Both the position numbers and the translations under genes were made by a program. Shown here piece by piece: positions 12,704-24,379 of a DNA stretch of 64,000 bases; the first letter of the stretch is position 1; each line of letters starts with the position of its first letter. Below the pieces are notes generated by a model, which saw only the letters and a list, made by a program, of their open reading frames with translations, ran no database searches and was not told the DNA's origin. Origin of the DNA: Scyliorhinus canicula (taxonomy: Eukaryota); contig NC_052146.1 in assembly GCF_902713615.1 (NCBI RefSeq), forward strand, positions 14,958,938 to 15,022,937. The letters are read 5' to 3'.

Positions 12704-12985
12704 CAATGATGTGGAGATGCCGGCGTTGGACTGTCTGCTTTTCTGCATCTTTGTAGAAACTTATTTAAAGAAACAAGTCCTCGCTGTTTGAGGGAACGTG
12801 CAGCTTCAGCGTTTCCGACAACGGCACACTTTATAAAATGAAGATAAAAGCAAGTGACTGCGGACGCTGGAGTCTGAAACAAAAACAGAAAAATGCTGGA
12901 CAATCGCAACAGATCTGAGAGCATCTGCGGAGAGGGAAGGGAGCTAACGTTTCGAGTCTGCATGGCTCTTTGTCAAAGCTTTGTC
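12704..12985 (-). mobile_element. Penelope-like terminal fragments with a variant hammerhead motif (12941-12980)
   Basis: Minus strand AGCT-TTGACAA-A-GAGCC-ATGCA-GACTC-GAAA-CGTT-AGCT; 12706-12733 is the reverse complement of the PLE end at 24351-24379. Confidence 0.7.
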
Positions 12986-14162
12986 AAAACTTTAGAAATG
13001 TTTCATTTGGCTGAAAAGTGTTTTGTGACACCCTGAGGATTCGCCTGGGGTGGGGGGGCTGCTGTACAAATACAAATCTTCATGTTTTATTTAAAGTTGA
13101 AAATACCAGAGCTGAGCCCAATGTCTTTCTTCTTACTACTTTTGACAGACCTATATTTCTATAATCGCATCACTCAGTGTGTTATGAAAATTTCAAGGAC
13201 TGTCAATTCCTTTGCACTTTTCAGCTTTATTTCTTCATTAAGTTTGGGTTTTGAGGAAAATAAAGCAATACAACGATCAAGAGAAGTTTCATATTTCTCC
13301 AGAGGCCCAACCAAAAGGATATCCATGGATTCCCTTTATTACGAGTCCCCGGTGTCCTCGTGTTACCTGGGTGCCAGATTGCACTCAGTAATCAATATTT
13401 GCAATGAATGGCTGGATCACGAGGGCAGAAAAAACCCATTAAATCCTGTTTCCTTTTATTGTGATTTATATTGTTATTAAATTGCGTATAAATCACTCTC
13501 AGACAGATATATCCTGGGGTAGGTTATTAGCAAGCGGAATCATAAATGTTACGGAATATGGATTGCAGCATGTTGTAACACAGTGGAAGAATTGAAAATG
13601 TGCTCTCCCTATTAAGGTGCAAAAATAATAATGGCTGCTCCACCACTTATGATGAATCAGAACATGTAAAATCCTGTCATATTTAATATCAGGTTCACAG
13701 TATATTAGAGGTGCAATGGCTATAACATATGAATAATTGATTTTTTTAATGAAAAGTAATCTGTTATTCCATATTGCAATCATTGCACGCTGTTATTTAA
13801 GAGAATATTCCTTTATTTTTTCCATAGTGTGCCATGTAGTGTCTACAAACTCTCTTTGTGTTTCAAATTCTAAGGTATTAATACATACATAATGCAGTTT
13901 GTATTTCCCTTTTTCTGGAGGCTTGAGCCTCAGTAAGGAAGGACTTCAACAGTTGCGTTTTTGGCCCGGGTCTCCTGCACTTTCCCGTTTCTTTGCTCCA
14001 TCTTAGGTGGCCGTGTCCCCAGCATCCCTAAGCTCCAGAATTTCCTTCCAGAATCTCCCCGCCTTCTTACCCTAATCCTAACCCAAAATTGCTTCAATAG
14101 GCAATATCAGTGCTATGTGTATCCATTAATTTGAACGCCAAATTTTGCACCCCATGGAAGGG

Positions 14163-14455
14163 GGGTGGCACGGCGGCACAGTGGGTAGCACTGCTGCCTC
14201 ACAGCGCCAGGGGCCCGGGTTCAATTCCGGCCTCGGGTGACTGTCCATGTTGAGCTTGCACTTTCTCCCCGTGTCTGCGTGGGTTTCCTCCGGGTGCTCC
14301 GGTTACCTCCCACAAAGATGTGTAGGTTGGGGGAGGGGGGAGAGGATGTAGAGCGGTCCCGGGGTTAGGGGGGTGCTCTTCCGGAGGGTCGGTGCAGACC
14401 TGATGGACCGAATGGTCTCCTTCTGGCACTGTAAGAATTTTATGGTTTTATGGTA
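14163..14455 (+). mobile_element. HE1-type V-SINE
   Basis: tRNA head, V-domain, CR1-like tail. Confidence 0.85.
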
Positions 14456-15109
14456 CCCTGCCTTGACTCCAAAAGGTTACAACCTATAAATCAGCCTTGT
14501 AACATGATAAAGTCAGAGGCAAGTTACATAAATCACAGTAACATTAATCACGCTGAACTACAAAGTGACTTTTTAAGTGCCTTTATTAACATATCCTTCT
14601 CGGAGGTCTCAGCCTTTTAAAAAGCCCTTTGCTTCAGTTGATGTTCTTGCAAAAAAAAACCCTGCAAAAAAATAAAGATTGGCAGGAGATGACAGTCAAT
14701 AGCGACACCCGAGGTCGTGGGGTTGCCACAGCCTGGGACAATTTCTACTCGAGGTGCACAGCAGGCAGTTGGCACCAAGTTCCGCCTGGCAAAACATTAG
14801 TACAAACTGGAAAGAAGTAGGGTCAATCTTTTTCTAAATAATATTCAGTGGCACAAATAGGCTTACATTCACACTGCAATGAAGTTACTGTGAAAATCTT
14901 TCCAAGCACCACTGGTCAGGTTGCTCATTGCCACCACAAATGGGTGCTTGCTCTCACTAACGGGGAACCTTTTCCTTCTAGCAGATGGAAAATGGTCACT
15001 TGTTGGAATAAGAACTTGGAGAGAAAGATGGAATTTATTGTATCTACCCAGTCAGGAACATCTATAGGATAGTCTGTTAACGCTCACCGTGCAGTTACCT
15101 TTTTAAAAA

Positions 15110-15400
15110 ATATTCATTTACGGGATGTGGATGACGCTGGTTAGGCCAGCATTTATTGCCCATCTCTAGTTGTCCTTCAGAAGGTGGTGGTGAGCTGCCT
15201 TCTTGAGCCTCTGCAGTCCTTCAGGTGTAGGTATACCCATTGTGCTGTTAGGGAGGGAGTTCCAGGATGTTGCCCCAGCGACAGTGAAGGAACGGCCGAT
15301 GTATACAAATCAGGGTGGTGAGTGACTTGGAGGGGAACCTCCATATATGGTGGGGTTCCCAGGTATCTGCTACTCTTGTCCTTCCGGATGATAGTGGTCA
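15110..15400 (-). mobile_element. 3' end of the second CR1/L2-group LINE family
   Basis: Reverse complement of the 44090-44320 type sequence. Confidence 0.75.
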
Positions 15401-15889
15401 TGCTACCTCCTCTTTGATGTCAGGTTGGATGGAGGCAGGTGTTAAAAGCTCACCGCCTTGAATCCATGCAGCAGGGACTTGAAAGAGAAACCTCTGACTC
15501 AGAACCAAGAGTGCTTCCAAATGAGACACTTTCCACCAGTAATGCCACGGGAGACCGGCTGGTAGATTTTAAGAATTGCCACCAAACCTTTCATTGCTGT
15601 CATCAGCACATGTCTTATCTAAATTGGGCCGACTAGTAAAACGAAAGGTGCTTATTTCAAAGTATAAACAAGCAGTGGGAGAGGTGCATCTTAAAATGTT
15701 GGTTATTGTTAACAGGAGCAACTTTGGAGCTGAATCAGCAGGGTGATTGTTGGTGTGATTTAGATCTGAAGAATAACTTAGTAATAAAACAAAACTATTC
15801 AAAATAATACAAAATTCTCAACTTTAACTTTCAAGCAGTCACTGTGCAATTATCACCTCACACTTAACATGCATTGTGCTATGTCATCC

Positions 15890-16650
15890 ATACATAGAAA
15901 CATAGAAATTAGAAGCAGCAAGAGGCCATTCGGCCCTTCGAGCCTACTGCGCCATTCATTATGATCATGGTTAATCTTCAAGTTCAATACCCTGACCCCA
16001 CCTTCCCCCCATATCCCTTGATCCCTTCAGCCCCAAGAGCTGTATCTAATTCCTTCTTGAAATTACACAAATGTTTTCGCCTCAACTACTTTCTATGGTA
16101 GCGAATTCTACAGATTCACTACGCTCTGAGTAAAGACATTTCTCCTCACCTCAGTCCTATAAGGTTTAAACCTTATCCTAGTTCAGGACTCCCCCACCAT
16201 CGGGAATATTCTTTCTGAATCTACCCGGTCTAATCCTGTTAGAATTTTGTAAGTTTCTATGAGATTCCCCCCCCCCCCCTTACTCTTCTAAACTCCAATG
16301 AATATAATCCAAATTGACTTAGTCTCTCCTCACATGACAGTCCCGCCATCCCAGGAATCAGCCTGGTAAACCTTCACCGCACTCCCTCCCTAGCAAGAAC
16401 ATCCTTCCTCAGATAAGGACATCAAAACTGCACACAATGCTCCAGTGTGGCCTCACCAATGCCCGATAAAATTGCAGTAAAACATCTCTATTCCCATACT
16501 CAAATCTTTTTGCTAAGAAGGCCCACGTACCATTTGCCTCCTTTACTGCCTGCTGTACCTGCGCGCTTACTTTCAGCGACTGATGCTCGAGGACACCAAG
16601 GTCTCACTGAGTATCCGCCTCTCTCAATTCACACCCATGCAAATAATAAC
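15890..16650 (-). mobile_element. CR1 LINE 3' fragment
   Basis: CATAGAAA tail repeats at 15892-15908, CR1 3' UTR and ORF2 C-terminus on minus strand. Confidence 0.85.
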
Positions 16651-17284
16651 CTGCCTTCCTACCCAGCTTCTCAGGCACCAAGGCCTCACCTGTTGGCACA
16701 GGAGCTGCCTGTCTTTCCTCTTTGGTTGACTTTAATCTATTCGTACCATGCTGATGTTTGGCAACCATGCCATGTCTCCATCCACCACTATCGCAGCCAG
16801 TGTTACAAAACGAAAAGGCTTGCCCTTCACCACTTGAGGACCAAAGCACCTGAGAACTAGTGAAATACTTTAAGTGTGGTCACTGTTGTAAAATAGGAAA
16901 TGCAGCAGCCAATGTGAGCACGCGAAAGATGGCAACGATCAGATAATCTCTTTCAGCAATATTGGGCAAGGGATAAATATTGGCCAGAACTAAGGGGGGT
17001 TGCAGTAACAGAGAGACCATATTGAAGGTGGCTGGCAAGGCCGTTTGGAGACAGAAGTTAATAAAGCATATACATCCCAGCTTTTTATAATAGGGGCACA
17101 AAGAGCAAGGTGATTATGCTGAACTTGAATAAGACACTGGACCAGCCTCTGCTGGGGCATTGCTTCCAGTTCTGGGTGCCGCGCATTAGGAAGGATGTGA
17201 AGCTGCAGGAAAGAGTGCAGAAAAGATTCATGAGAATGATTCCAGGGATGAGGGACTTCAATTGTGAGGATAGGTTTGAGAAGG

Positions 17285-18440
17285 ATAGGTTTGCTGCATA
17301 AGATAAAGCTGCATGGCATTAAGGGTGAAGTAGTAGCATGGATAGAGGATTGGTTAATTAATAGAAAGCAAAGAGTGGGGATTAATGGGTGTTTCTCTGG
17401 TTGGCAATCAGTAGCTAGTAATGTCTCTCAGGGATCCGTGTTGGGCCCACAATTGTTCACAATTTACATTGATGATTTGGAGTTGGGGACCAATGTGTCC
17501 AAGTTTGCGGACGACACTAAGATGAGTGGTAAAGCAAAAAGTGCAGAGGATACTGGAAGTCTGCAGAGGGATTTGGATAGGTTAAGTGAATGGGCTCGGG
17601 TCTGGCGGATGGAATACAATGTTGACAAATGTGAGGTTACCCGTTTTGGTAGGAATAACAGCAAACGGGATTATTATTTAAATGATAAAATATTAAAACA
17701 TGCTGCTGTGCAGAGAGACCTGGGTGTGCTAGTGCATGAGTCGCAAAAAGTTGGTTTACAGGTGCAACAGGTGATTAAGAAGGCAAATGGAATTTTGTCC
17801 TTCATTGCTAGAGGGATGGAGTTTAAGACCAGGGAGGTTATGGGTTATGCTGCAATTGTATAAGGTGTTAGTGAGGCCACGCCTGGAGTATTGTGTTCAG
17901 TTTCGGTCTCCTTGCCTGAGAAAGTTGTACTGGCGCTGGAGGGTGTGCAGAGGAGATTCACTAGGTTAATCCCAGAGCTGAAGGGGTTGGATTACGAAGA
18001 GAGGTTGAGTAGACTGGGACTGTACCCATTAGAATTTAGAAGGATGCAGGGGGGATCGTATAGAAACATATAAAATTATGAAGGGAATAGATAGGATAGA
18101 TGCAGGCAGGTTGTTTCCACTGGCGGGTGAAAGCAGAACTAGGGGACATAGCCTCAAAATAAGGGGAAGTAGATTTAGGACTGAGCTTAGGAGGAACTTC
18201 TTCACCCTAAGGGTTGTGAATCTATGGAATTCCTTGCCCAGTGAAGCAGTTGAGGCTCCTTCATTAAATGTTTTTAAGATAAAGATAGATAGTTTTTTGA
18301 AGAATAAAGGGATTAAGGGTTATGGTTTTAGGGCCGAAAAGTGGAGCTGAGTCCAAAAAAGATCAGCCATGATCTAATTGAATGGCGGAGCAGGCTCGAG
18401 GGGCCAGATGGCCTACTCCTGCTCCTAGTTCTTATGTTCT
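17285..18440 (+). mobile_element. Young 5'-truncated CR1 LINE (RT domain to tail), nested in an older CR1 (~17020-18705)
   Basis: ORF 17264-17863: QGSVLGPQLFTIYIDDL...VSKFADDTK (RT motifs); frameshifted C-terminus; tail CCTAGTTCTTATGTTCT; older CR1 resumes at ~18441. Confidence 0.92.
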
Positions 18441-18719
18441 AAGTTGGGACTGTTTTCTCTGAAAAAAAGATCACCGAGTGGAGATTTGATAGAGGTATTC
18501 AAAATCAGGAAGGGTCTGGACAGAGTCGATAGGGAGAAACTGTTCCCGCTCGTGGCACAGGTTCAAAGTAATTGACAAGGAAAGCAAAGGGGCACGAGGG
18601 AAAACATTGTCACCCCGTGAACAGTTAAGGTCTGATTAATTCTTCTGCTTGAGAAACTGCAGTGGAGGTAGGTTCAACTGAAGCATTCAAAAGGGAAGGT
18701 AGATGTTCAAGGTTAAGGT

Positions 18720-19035
18720 GGGCAGCACGGTAGCACAAGTGGATAGCACTGTGGCTTCACAGCGCCAGGGTCCCAGGTTCGATTCCCTGCTGGGTCGCTG
18801 TCTGTGCGGAATCTGCACGTTCTCCCCGTGTCTACGTGGGTTTCCTCCAGGTGCTCCCGTTTCCTCCCACAGTCCAAAGGTTAGGTGGATTGGCCATGAT
18901 AAATTGCCCTTCGTGACCAAAACGGTTAGGAGGAATTATTGGGTTACGGGTATAGGGTGGAAGTGAGGGTTTCAGTGGGTCGGTGCAGACTCTATGGGCC
19001 GAATGGCCTCCTTCTGCACTGTATGTTCTATGTTA
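18720..19035 (+). mobile_element. HE1-type V-SINE
   Basis: Head, V-domain, CR1-type tail ending TATGTTCTATG. Confidence 0.9.
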
Positions 19036-19534
19036 AGGGGAGACGACACTAGTTGAATTGTTCATTTGGAGAGTCAGTGCAGGCACCATGGACCAAGTGG
19101 CCTCCTTCTGCACTGTTCCAATTCTGTGATCCTGAGAACTTCCTTGTCTTCGGAAAGAGCGGCATGCAATATTGAAATCCATCTGAGAGGGAGGCCGGGG
19201 CATCGGTGTAATCTGCAAGGGGGCACCTTCGACAGGGCAGTGGCCTGCTGAAGTGTCAGCCTTGATGTTTAAGTCTCCGTGGTAGGACTACGAGCTTCTG
19301 ACTCGGAGCTGAGGTCGCTACCCAGTTACCCTTGGCCCATCTTGTACATAATGAAAGGACGCAAATCTTTCCAGGCCAGGCCAAATCCAAAAGTGCACTG
19401 CATGTGAGCAGTGGGACACCGGCTTCAATCCAGAAGCTAAATATGGATGGACTAATCCATTCACCCCATCTCATTGACTTTACAATGTCCTCATCACAGC
19501 ATCCAACTGATTGAGGCATTGAGGAAGCAGCATG

Positions 19535-19760
19535 TGACCAGCACATCTGATTCGCTGAGGCCGGATTTGAGAGAATGCTGGACGCAGTGGAAGAGAGGCG
19601 GGACACCCTCTTCCCCAGGGAGGGCAGGGGACAGGAGTCCACCATCATGAACAGGGCCTGGGAGAGGGTATCAGAGGTGGTCAGCGCTGCCAGCCTCGCC
19701 AGGAGGACTGGCACCCAGTGCCGAAACAAGATGAGCGACCTCCTTCGGGCAGCTCGGGTG
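19535..19760 (+). pseudogene. Myb/SANT-like (trihelix) DNA-binding domain exon remnant of a PIF/Harbinger transposon
   Basis: FAEAGFERMLDAVEERRDTLFP...RAWERVSEVVSAASLARRTGTQCRNKMSDLLRAAR followed by donor-like GG/GTGAGC. Confidence 0.8.
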
Positions 19761-21270
19761 AGCCAACACCTGTGCCCCTGGCATCACCGTGAGTCACCCG
19801 TCACCGCTCACCATCCCAGAATCATGATTCTACGGTTCTAACAAGCCCACTTCCCCAAAGGATATATGGGCCCGTTAGATGGCATGGTCAGCACACATGC
19901 AGGGACCACCCATGCGCACAGTGGAATGTGATCCTGAAGGCAGAAGTCAGCCTTTGTCAAATGCTGAGGAGCACCAGAGCTCATCTCACAGCGAGTCGTC
20001 GTCATCCTCCATCCCGTGGGCAAGGTTCGTTAATACTGCCAACCCAGCGCCAACACCCTGAGTGCCAGCACCTGGCAACCCAGTGATTGAGCTTGGCCAT
20101 GGCCATCACGTTGGTGATGCTGCTGGGGCCTGAGGGTTTCCAGAGGGGTGGCCTGGGTGAGCTCCAAAATGATGGGAGGGTCTCTGAACATTTACAGGAC
20201 GCAGTGAGCAGTCAGCAGAGCGAACAACCAAGGACCTGTAAGCAGCACCAAAGGGGCGTGTTTAAAAGCCAGACTGTAGCAACGGTCTGAGGCAGGCCTC
20301 CCCGATCCCGAAGGGGCACCTAAGCTGCTCCCTGCTACTCCCTCAAGCCCGGGCAGCAACCCCCAGCAAGCCTGGTCATTTTGGAGAGTTTTCAAGATAT
20401 TTCTTAACTTCTTGCTCCCCATCAGCAACCAAGGCGCCCAGGCTGTGCTTGTAAATACTGGCACCAATTGGCGCCCACACGACTTCCGCCTGAGATGGGC
20501 GGAGCTTGGCGGAAGGGCAGAGCATACTGTCCAATCCCCTAATGATATTGAAATCCGTGCAAATGACGGTTTTGCATGGGACCACCAGTATAAATCGTAT
20601 CGCCGCCAGTGATGGACCGCCGCATGGCGGGGACACTGAACCTCAATTTGTAGTTTCCCCGCGATTCTCTGAGGTTTACGTTTTCAGCATTGTGAAGCGG
20701 AGAAGCCAGGCCGCTGTTGAAGTTGTTGCCTGGATTTCGATGTTTCTTTTCTTCTCGCTGGACCTCTGGTGTAGGTCGAATGCAGACTCGCTCTTTGTTT
20801 TTCCTCATTTGCCTACCGATTTGGGATTCAATTATATATGACCTTGGTGTGTCCGGCTTCAGCAACAATTTTTGCTGAGCTCCAGGTTTTCATGATTGGA
20901 TTCTGTTCATGTACACATTACCCTTTCAGCGACTCAGGGAGGGATTTAACATATTTGTTGAAGTGCTGACCTCCTCTTTCTTGTGCTTCAGAGAATTGTC
21001 TCACTTCTTCCTGGTCACTAGTGTGGCATTAAAGAAATGTACAGCATGTGAAGAGTTAATGTCATGTTACAATTAGCCACTAGATGGAGCTAAGGACAGT
21101 AGTATACCCCTCACCATCTGGCCTGGGCTTGCAAAATACTACCAACCATCCTGGTTTGAGACAATTCACACCTATTTAACCTGCTCCATCTGGACTTGTA
21201 AAGACTTAATTACCTGGATAGACTCGCATTCAAAGTGTCGTCTTGCATTTTTGACTTTGTCTATATATAT

Positions 21271-21560
21271 GGATTGGATTGGATTGGATTTGTTTATTGT
21301 CACGTGTACCGAGGTACAGTGAAAAGTATTTTTCTGTGAGCAGCTCAATAGATCATTAAGTACATGGGAAGAAAAGGGAAGAAAAGAAAATACATAATAG
21401 GGCAACACAAGGAACACAATGTAGCTACATAAACACCGGCATCGGGTGAAGCATACAGGGGTGTAGTGTTAATGAGGTCAGTCCATATGAGGGTCATTTA
21501 GGAGTCTGGTAACAGCGGGGAAGAAGCTGTTTTTGAGTCTGTTCGTGCGTGTCCTCAGAC
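21271..21560 (-). mobile_element. Rex/Babar-type LINE 3' end
   Basis: (AATCC)n tail on minus strand, CTTTTCACTGTACCTCGGTACACGTGACAATAAA end, TSD ATATG; homologous to 29635-29812 and 60335-60915. Confidence 0.8.
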
Positions 21561-21584
21561 ATATGTTTCTGGAACCTACCTCTT

Positions 21585-21625
21585 CATTCCCCTGAGGAAG
21601 GAGCAGTGCTCCGAAAGCTAGTGAT
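21585..21625 (+). ncRNA. Minimal type I hammerhead ribozyme motif (Penelope-associated)
   Basis: CTGAGGA-A-GGAGC-AGT-GCTCC-GAAA-GCTA-GTGA: intact core, 5-bp stem II, palindromic AGCT stem III; stem I imperfect in this copy. Confidence 0.75.
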
Positions 21626-22259
21626 TCGAAACAAACCTGTTGGACTTTAACGTGGTGTTGTAAGACTTCTTACAATAGTATAAAAGGCACTGGCTCTTAG
21701 GCTTCGGGGAGAGATTGGACTGGAAGAGAGGAACGTGCGTAGTAGAGCTAGAGAGGATAGAATATAGTGACAGAGTATAGAGATAGGGTTGGTGAGTGTA
21801 GTTTAATATAATCTATTTGTTTACTATAGGAATAAGTATCAAATTTTATTTTAAGTCGCGCAACTAAATTTAGCTGTGTTGATGAACATCGCTTCAGGTG
21901 TCTTTGTGAACACAGCGCTTTTCATCCTGAAGTCAACCTCACAAAGATAGCCACAACTAGGCTGAGGTATTTGGCAGAGCAGTCCTATATTTCCGTCCAC
22001 TCAGCAACTCCGCAGGTGATTTCAAGTCAGCTTTGAGAGGCAGAGAGCGGAGTGACCATAAGGCAGGTTTTGAGTCTTCCTCTGTATTTCAGCATTTTGC
22101 AGAGTTCCTTTGGTTCTTTGTCTGCAAGGCCGTGTTCTGCTGGGTCATGAGGTGATGATGATGTTGAACGCACGCTGCTCAATTCCCGAGCTGTTCTGTG
22201 TGTAACTGGGTACCATTGTCACATATTCATCTTTCAGGAATGCTTCGCTCAGCAAGCCG

Positions 22260-22965
22260 AACTCCTATTGTTGAGGCGATTGGATAGACTGCAGTTATTT
22301 TCCTTGGATCAACGGAGACTGAGGAGGGACATGATCGAGAGAAAAAGATTATGAAGGGCCGCACGGTAGCACAGTGGTTAGCACTGTTGCTTCACAGTGC
22401 CAGGGTCCCAGGTTCAATTCCCGGCTTGGGTCACTGTTTGTGCGGAGTCTGCACGGTTCTCTCCGTGTTGCGCGGGTTTCCTCCGGGTGCTCCGGTTTCC
22501 TCCCACAAGTCCCGAAAGACGTGCTGGTTAAGTGAACTGGACATTCTGAATTCTCCCTCAGTGTACCCGAACAGGCGCTGGAATGTGGCGACTAGGGGCT
22601 TTTCACAGTAACTTCTTGCAGTGTTAATGTAAGCCTGCGTGTGACACTAATAAAGACAGGAAAAAAACTTTCCCCTTGTTAAAGGGATCAATAATCAGGG
22701 GGCACAGATTTACGATCAGGGCAAGAGGTTTAGAGAGGATGAGAGAAAAGACATTTTTACCCAGAGGGTGGTGGGAGCCTGGAACCCGCTGCCTGAAATG
22801 GTGGGGGACAGAGACCCTCATAATTCAATGTGCACTTGCGATGCCAAGGCAGCCAAGGCTATGGGCCAAATACTGGAAAATGGGATTAGGATAGTTAGGT
22901 GGCTGTTTTTGACTGACGCAGATGAGATGGGCCGAAGGATCTTTTCTGTGCTCTCGACCTCCATG
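22260..22965 (+). mobile_element. CR1 3' fragment interrupted by a V-SINE with Rex/Babar tail (22357-22655)
   Basis: RRLRGDMIE / RGHRF / VGAWNPLP CR1 motifs; complete SINE inside. Confidence 0.8.
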
Positions 22966-22974
22966 ACTTTGCCA

Positions 22975-23880
22975 TGATTTTGCGTCCGCATTCACCCCGA
23001 GGGCAAGCGGCAATTTGGGAGCAAAATCTCGCGGGATACTTGCTTTCCGTCTCTCCCCCAAGCGCCCACTGGTGATGTAACGAGGTTCCCGCCCAGGGAA
23101 GTTGTGCATTTAATTTCAATGCATTTTAATAGGATTAGCGGGCTTGCCCACCTTATCGCCGACCCCACGTTTGGAATTCCCGTCCTCGCCAACGTGACTT
23201 CGCGCCGGTGAGGTTTACGGCCCGTCGCTGACACACAGATAAATACAGGCTCTGGGAGAGAGGGTTATGCCTGGACGGTACCCTCACATTGCCGGGAAGG
23301 TCATCTGATGACCTCCATTGGGAGGGAGGCATTCCCCTTATCGTTTGAGGGGATTTCTCATGTCAGTGGGTGGTGCTTGGGGAGGTCCTCCACGTCCATG
23401 GAGGGTCCTTTGTTTTATATCGGAGATGGGAAGGGTGCCCCGATCTTGGGATTACTGACTGCCGGATGGTTCCTGCCCCGCCAGTGTGGTGGCATGGGCC
23501 ACGTCTCCAGATGTTTTTGTGCACAGAATGCTGGATGCTTTGGAGAGAAAGCCCGACTGTGCAGCCTGCGAGTTTGAACGGCGGTTCCCCCGCCTCAGGC
23601 AGCACTTTGTGCACAGAATGGAAAGTCCTGCCCCATGGCTGGGGTCTTCCAGCCTGTACTCCCCCCTCCCCCCACCCCCCTCCGCCGGCGGCGGGCTTTC
23701 TGACAGCGGAGGCGCCCCGGCTTGAGCCAGCGGTCGGAACTTCCGGTCCTGCTGAAAATGGCATTTTCCATGGTTTCCCGGCCATGCCGCTGGCCAACCA
23801 GACAGCCAATGGCAGGTTGGCAAACCTGCCACAGTGTGCGGAGGGGGGGGGGGGGGGGGGGGGCACACACAAAACCTGGA
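22975..23880. mobile_element. GC-rich Harbinger-type non-autonomous element fragments
   Basis: CpG-rich, resembles other MITE interiors; termini not resolved. Confidence 0.45.
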
Positions 23881-24191
23881 CTAATGTTTCCATAATGTTT
23901 GAATGGGCCTATCCAATAGACAGCTGGCATGGCCCTGAGCTTACACTCCCACGATGCATCCATGTATCTTTTGGATGAGTCATTCCTGCATTGTTTTGGG
24001 TATGGTTATTCTGGATCTGGCTGTCAGAAAAGCAAATTCCAATGAGGTGTCATCTCTGGTATATGACCATATTGCTGGGCGTGTTTACCATATCTAATCA
24101 GGGCGACCTCTCACTGCTGGCGGAGACAGCAACTGTAACTCCTCACCTTTGCTGGCCTCATTTCCAGTTTCCTGCTAAGATGTCTTCCAAA

Positions 24192-24379
24192 ACCAGGTTA
24201 AAGTCCAACATGTTTGTTTCAAACACTAGCATTCGGAGCACTGCTCCTTCCTCAGGTCAGGAGGAAGGAGCAGTGCTCCGAAAGCTAGTGATTCGAAACA
24301 AACATGTTGGACTTTGACCTGGTGTTGTAAGACTTCTCACTGTGCCCACCCCAGTCCAACGCCGGCATCTCCACATCAT
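24192..24379. mobile_element. Penelope-like inverted termini carrying two damaged hammerhead copies
   Basis: ~60-bp inverted repeat (24192-24253 / 24261-24323); minus copy has GAAA>GAAT, plus copy lacks the 5' core bases. Confidence 0.8.

Larger units (their letters stand above)
21106..21673 (+). mobile_element. Penelope-like element terminal fragment inserted in the solo LTR
   Basis: Hammerhead-bearing end shared with 24192-24379; flanked by approximate TSD TAGTATA. Confidence 0.75.
21022..21955 (+). mobile_element. Solo LTR with 5-bp TSD ACTAG, inserted in the Gypsy integrase region
   Basis: Inverted termini TGTGGC...GCCACA; ACTAG at 21017-21021 and 21956-21960. Confidence 0.9.

Noticed and set aside
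13082-13480. 132-aa ORF in unique sequence
   Set aside because: No recognisable domain or splice structure; starts in a SINE tail; composition fits AT-rich non-coding DNA
22565-22576. CCCGAACAGG in SINE tails resembling a tRNA-Lys primer-binding site
   Set aside because: Only 10 nt, lacks the TGG start and an adjacent LTR; part of a SINE hairpin
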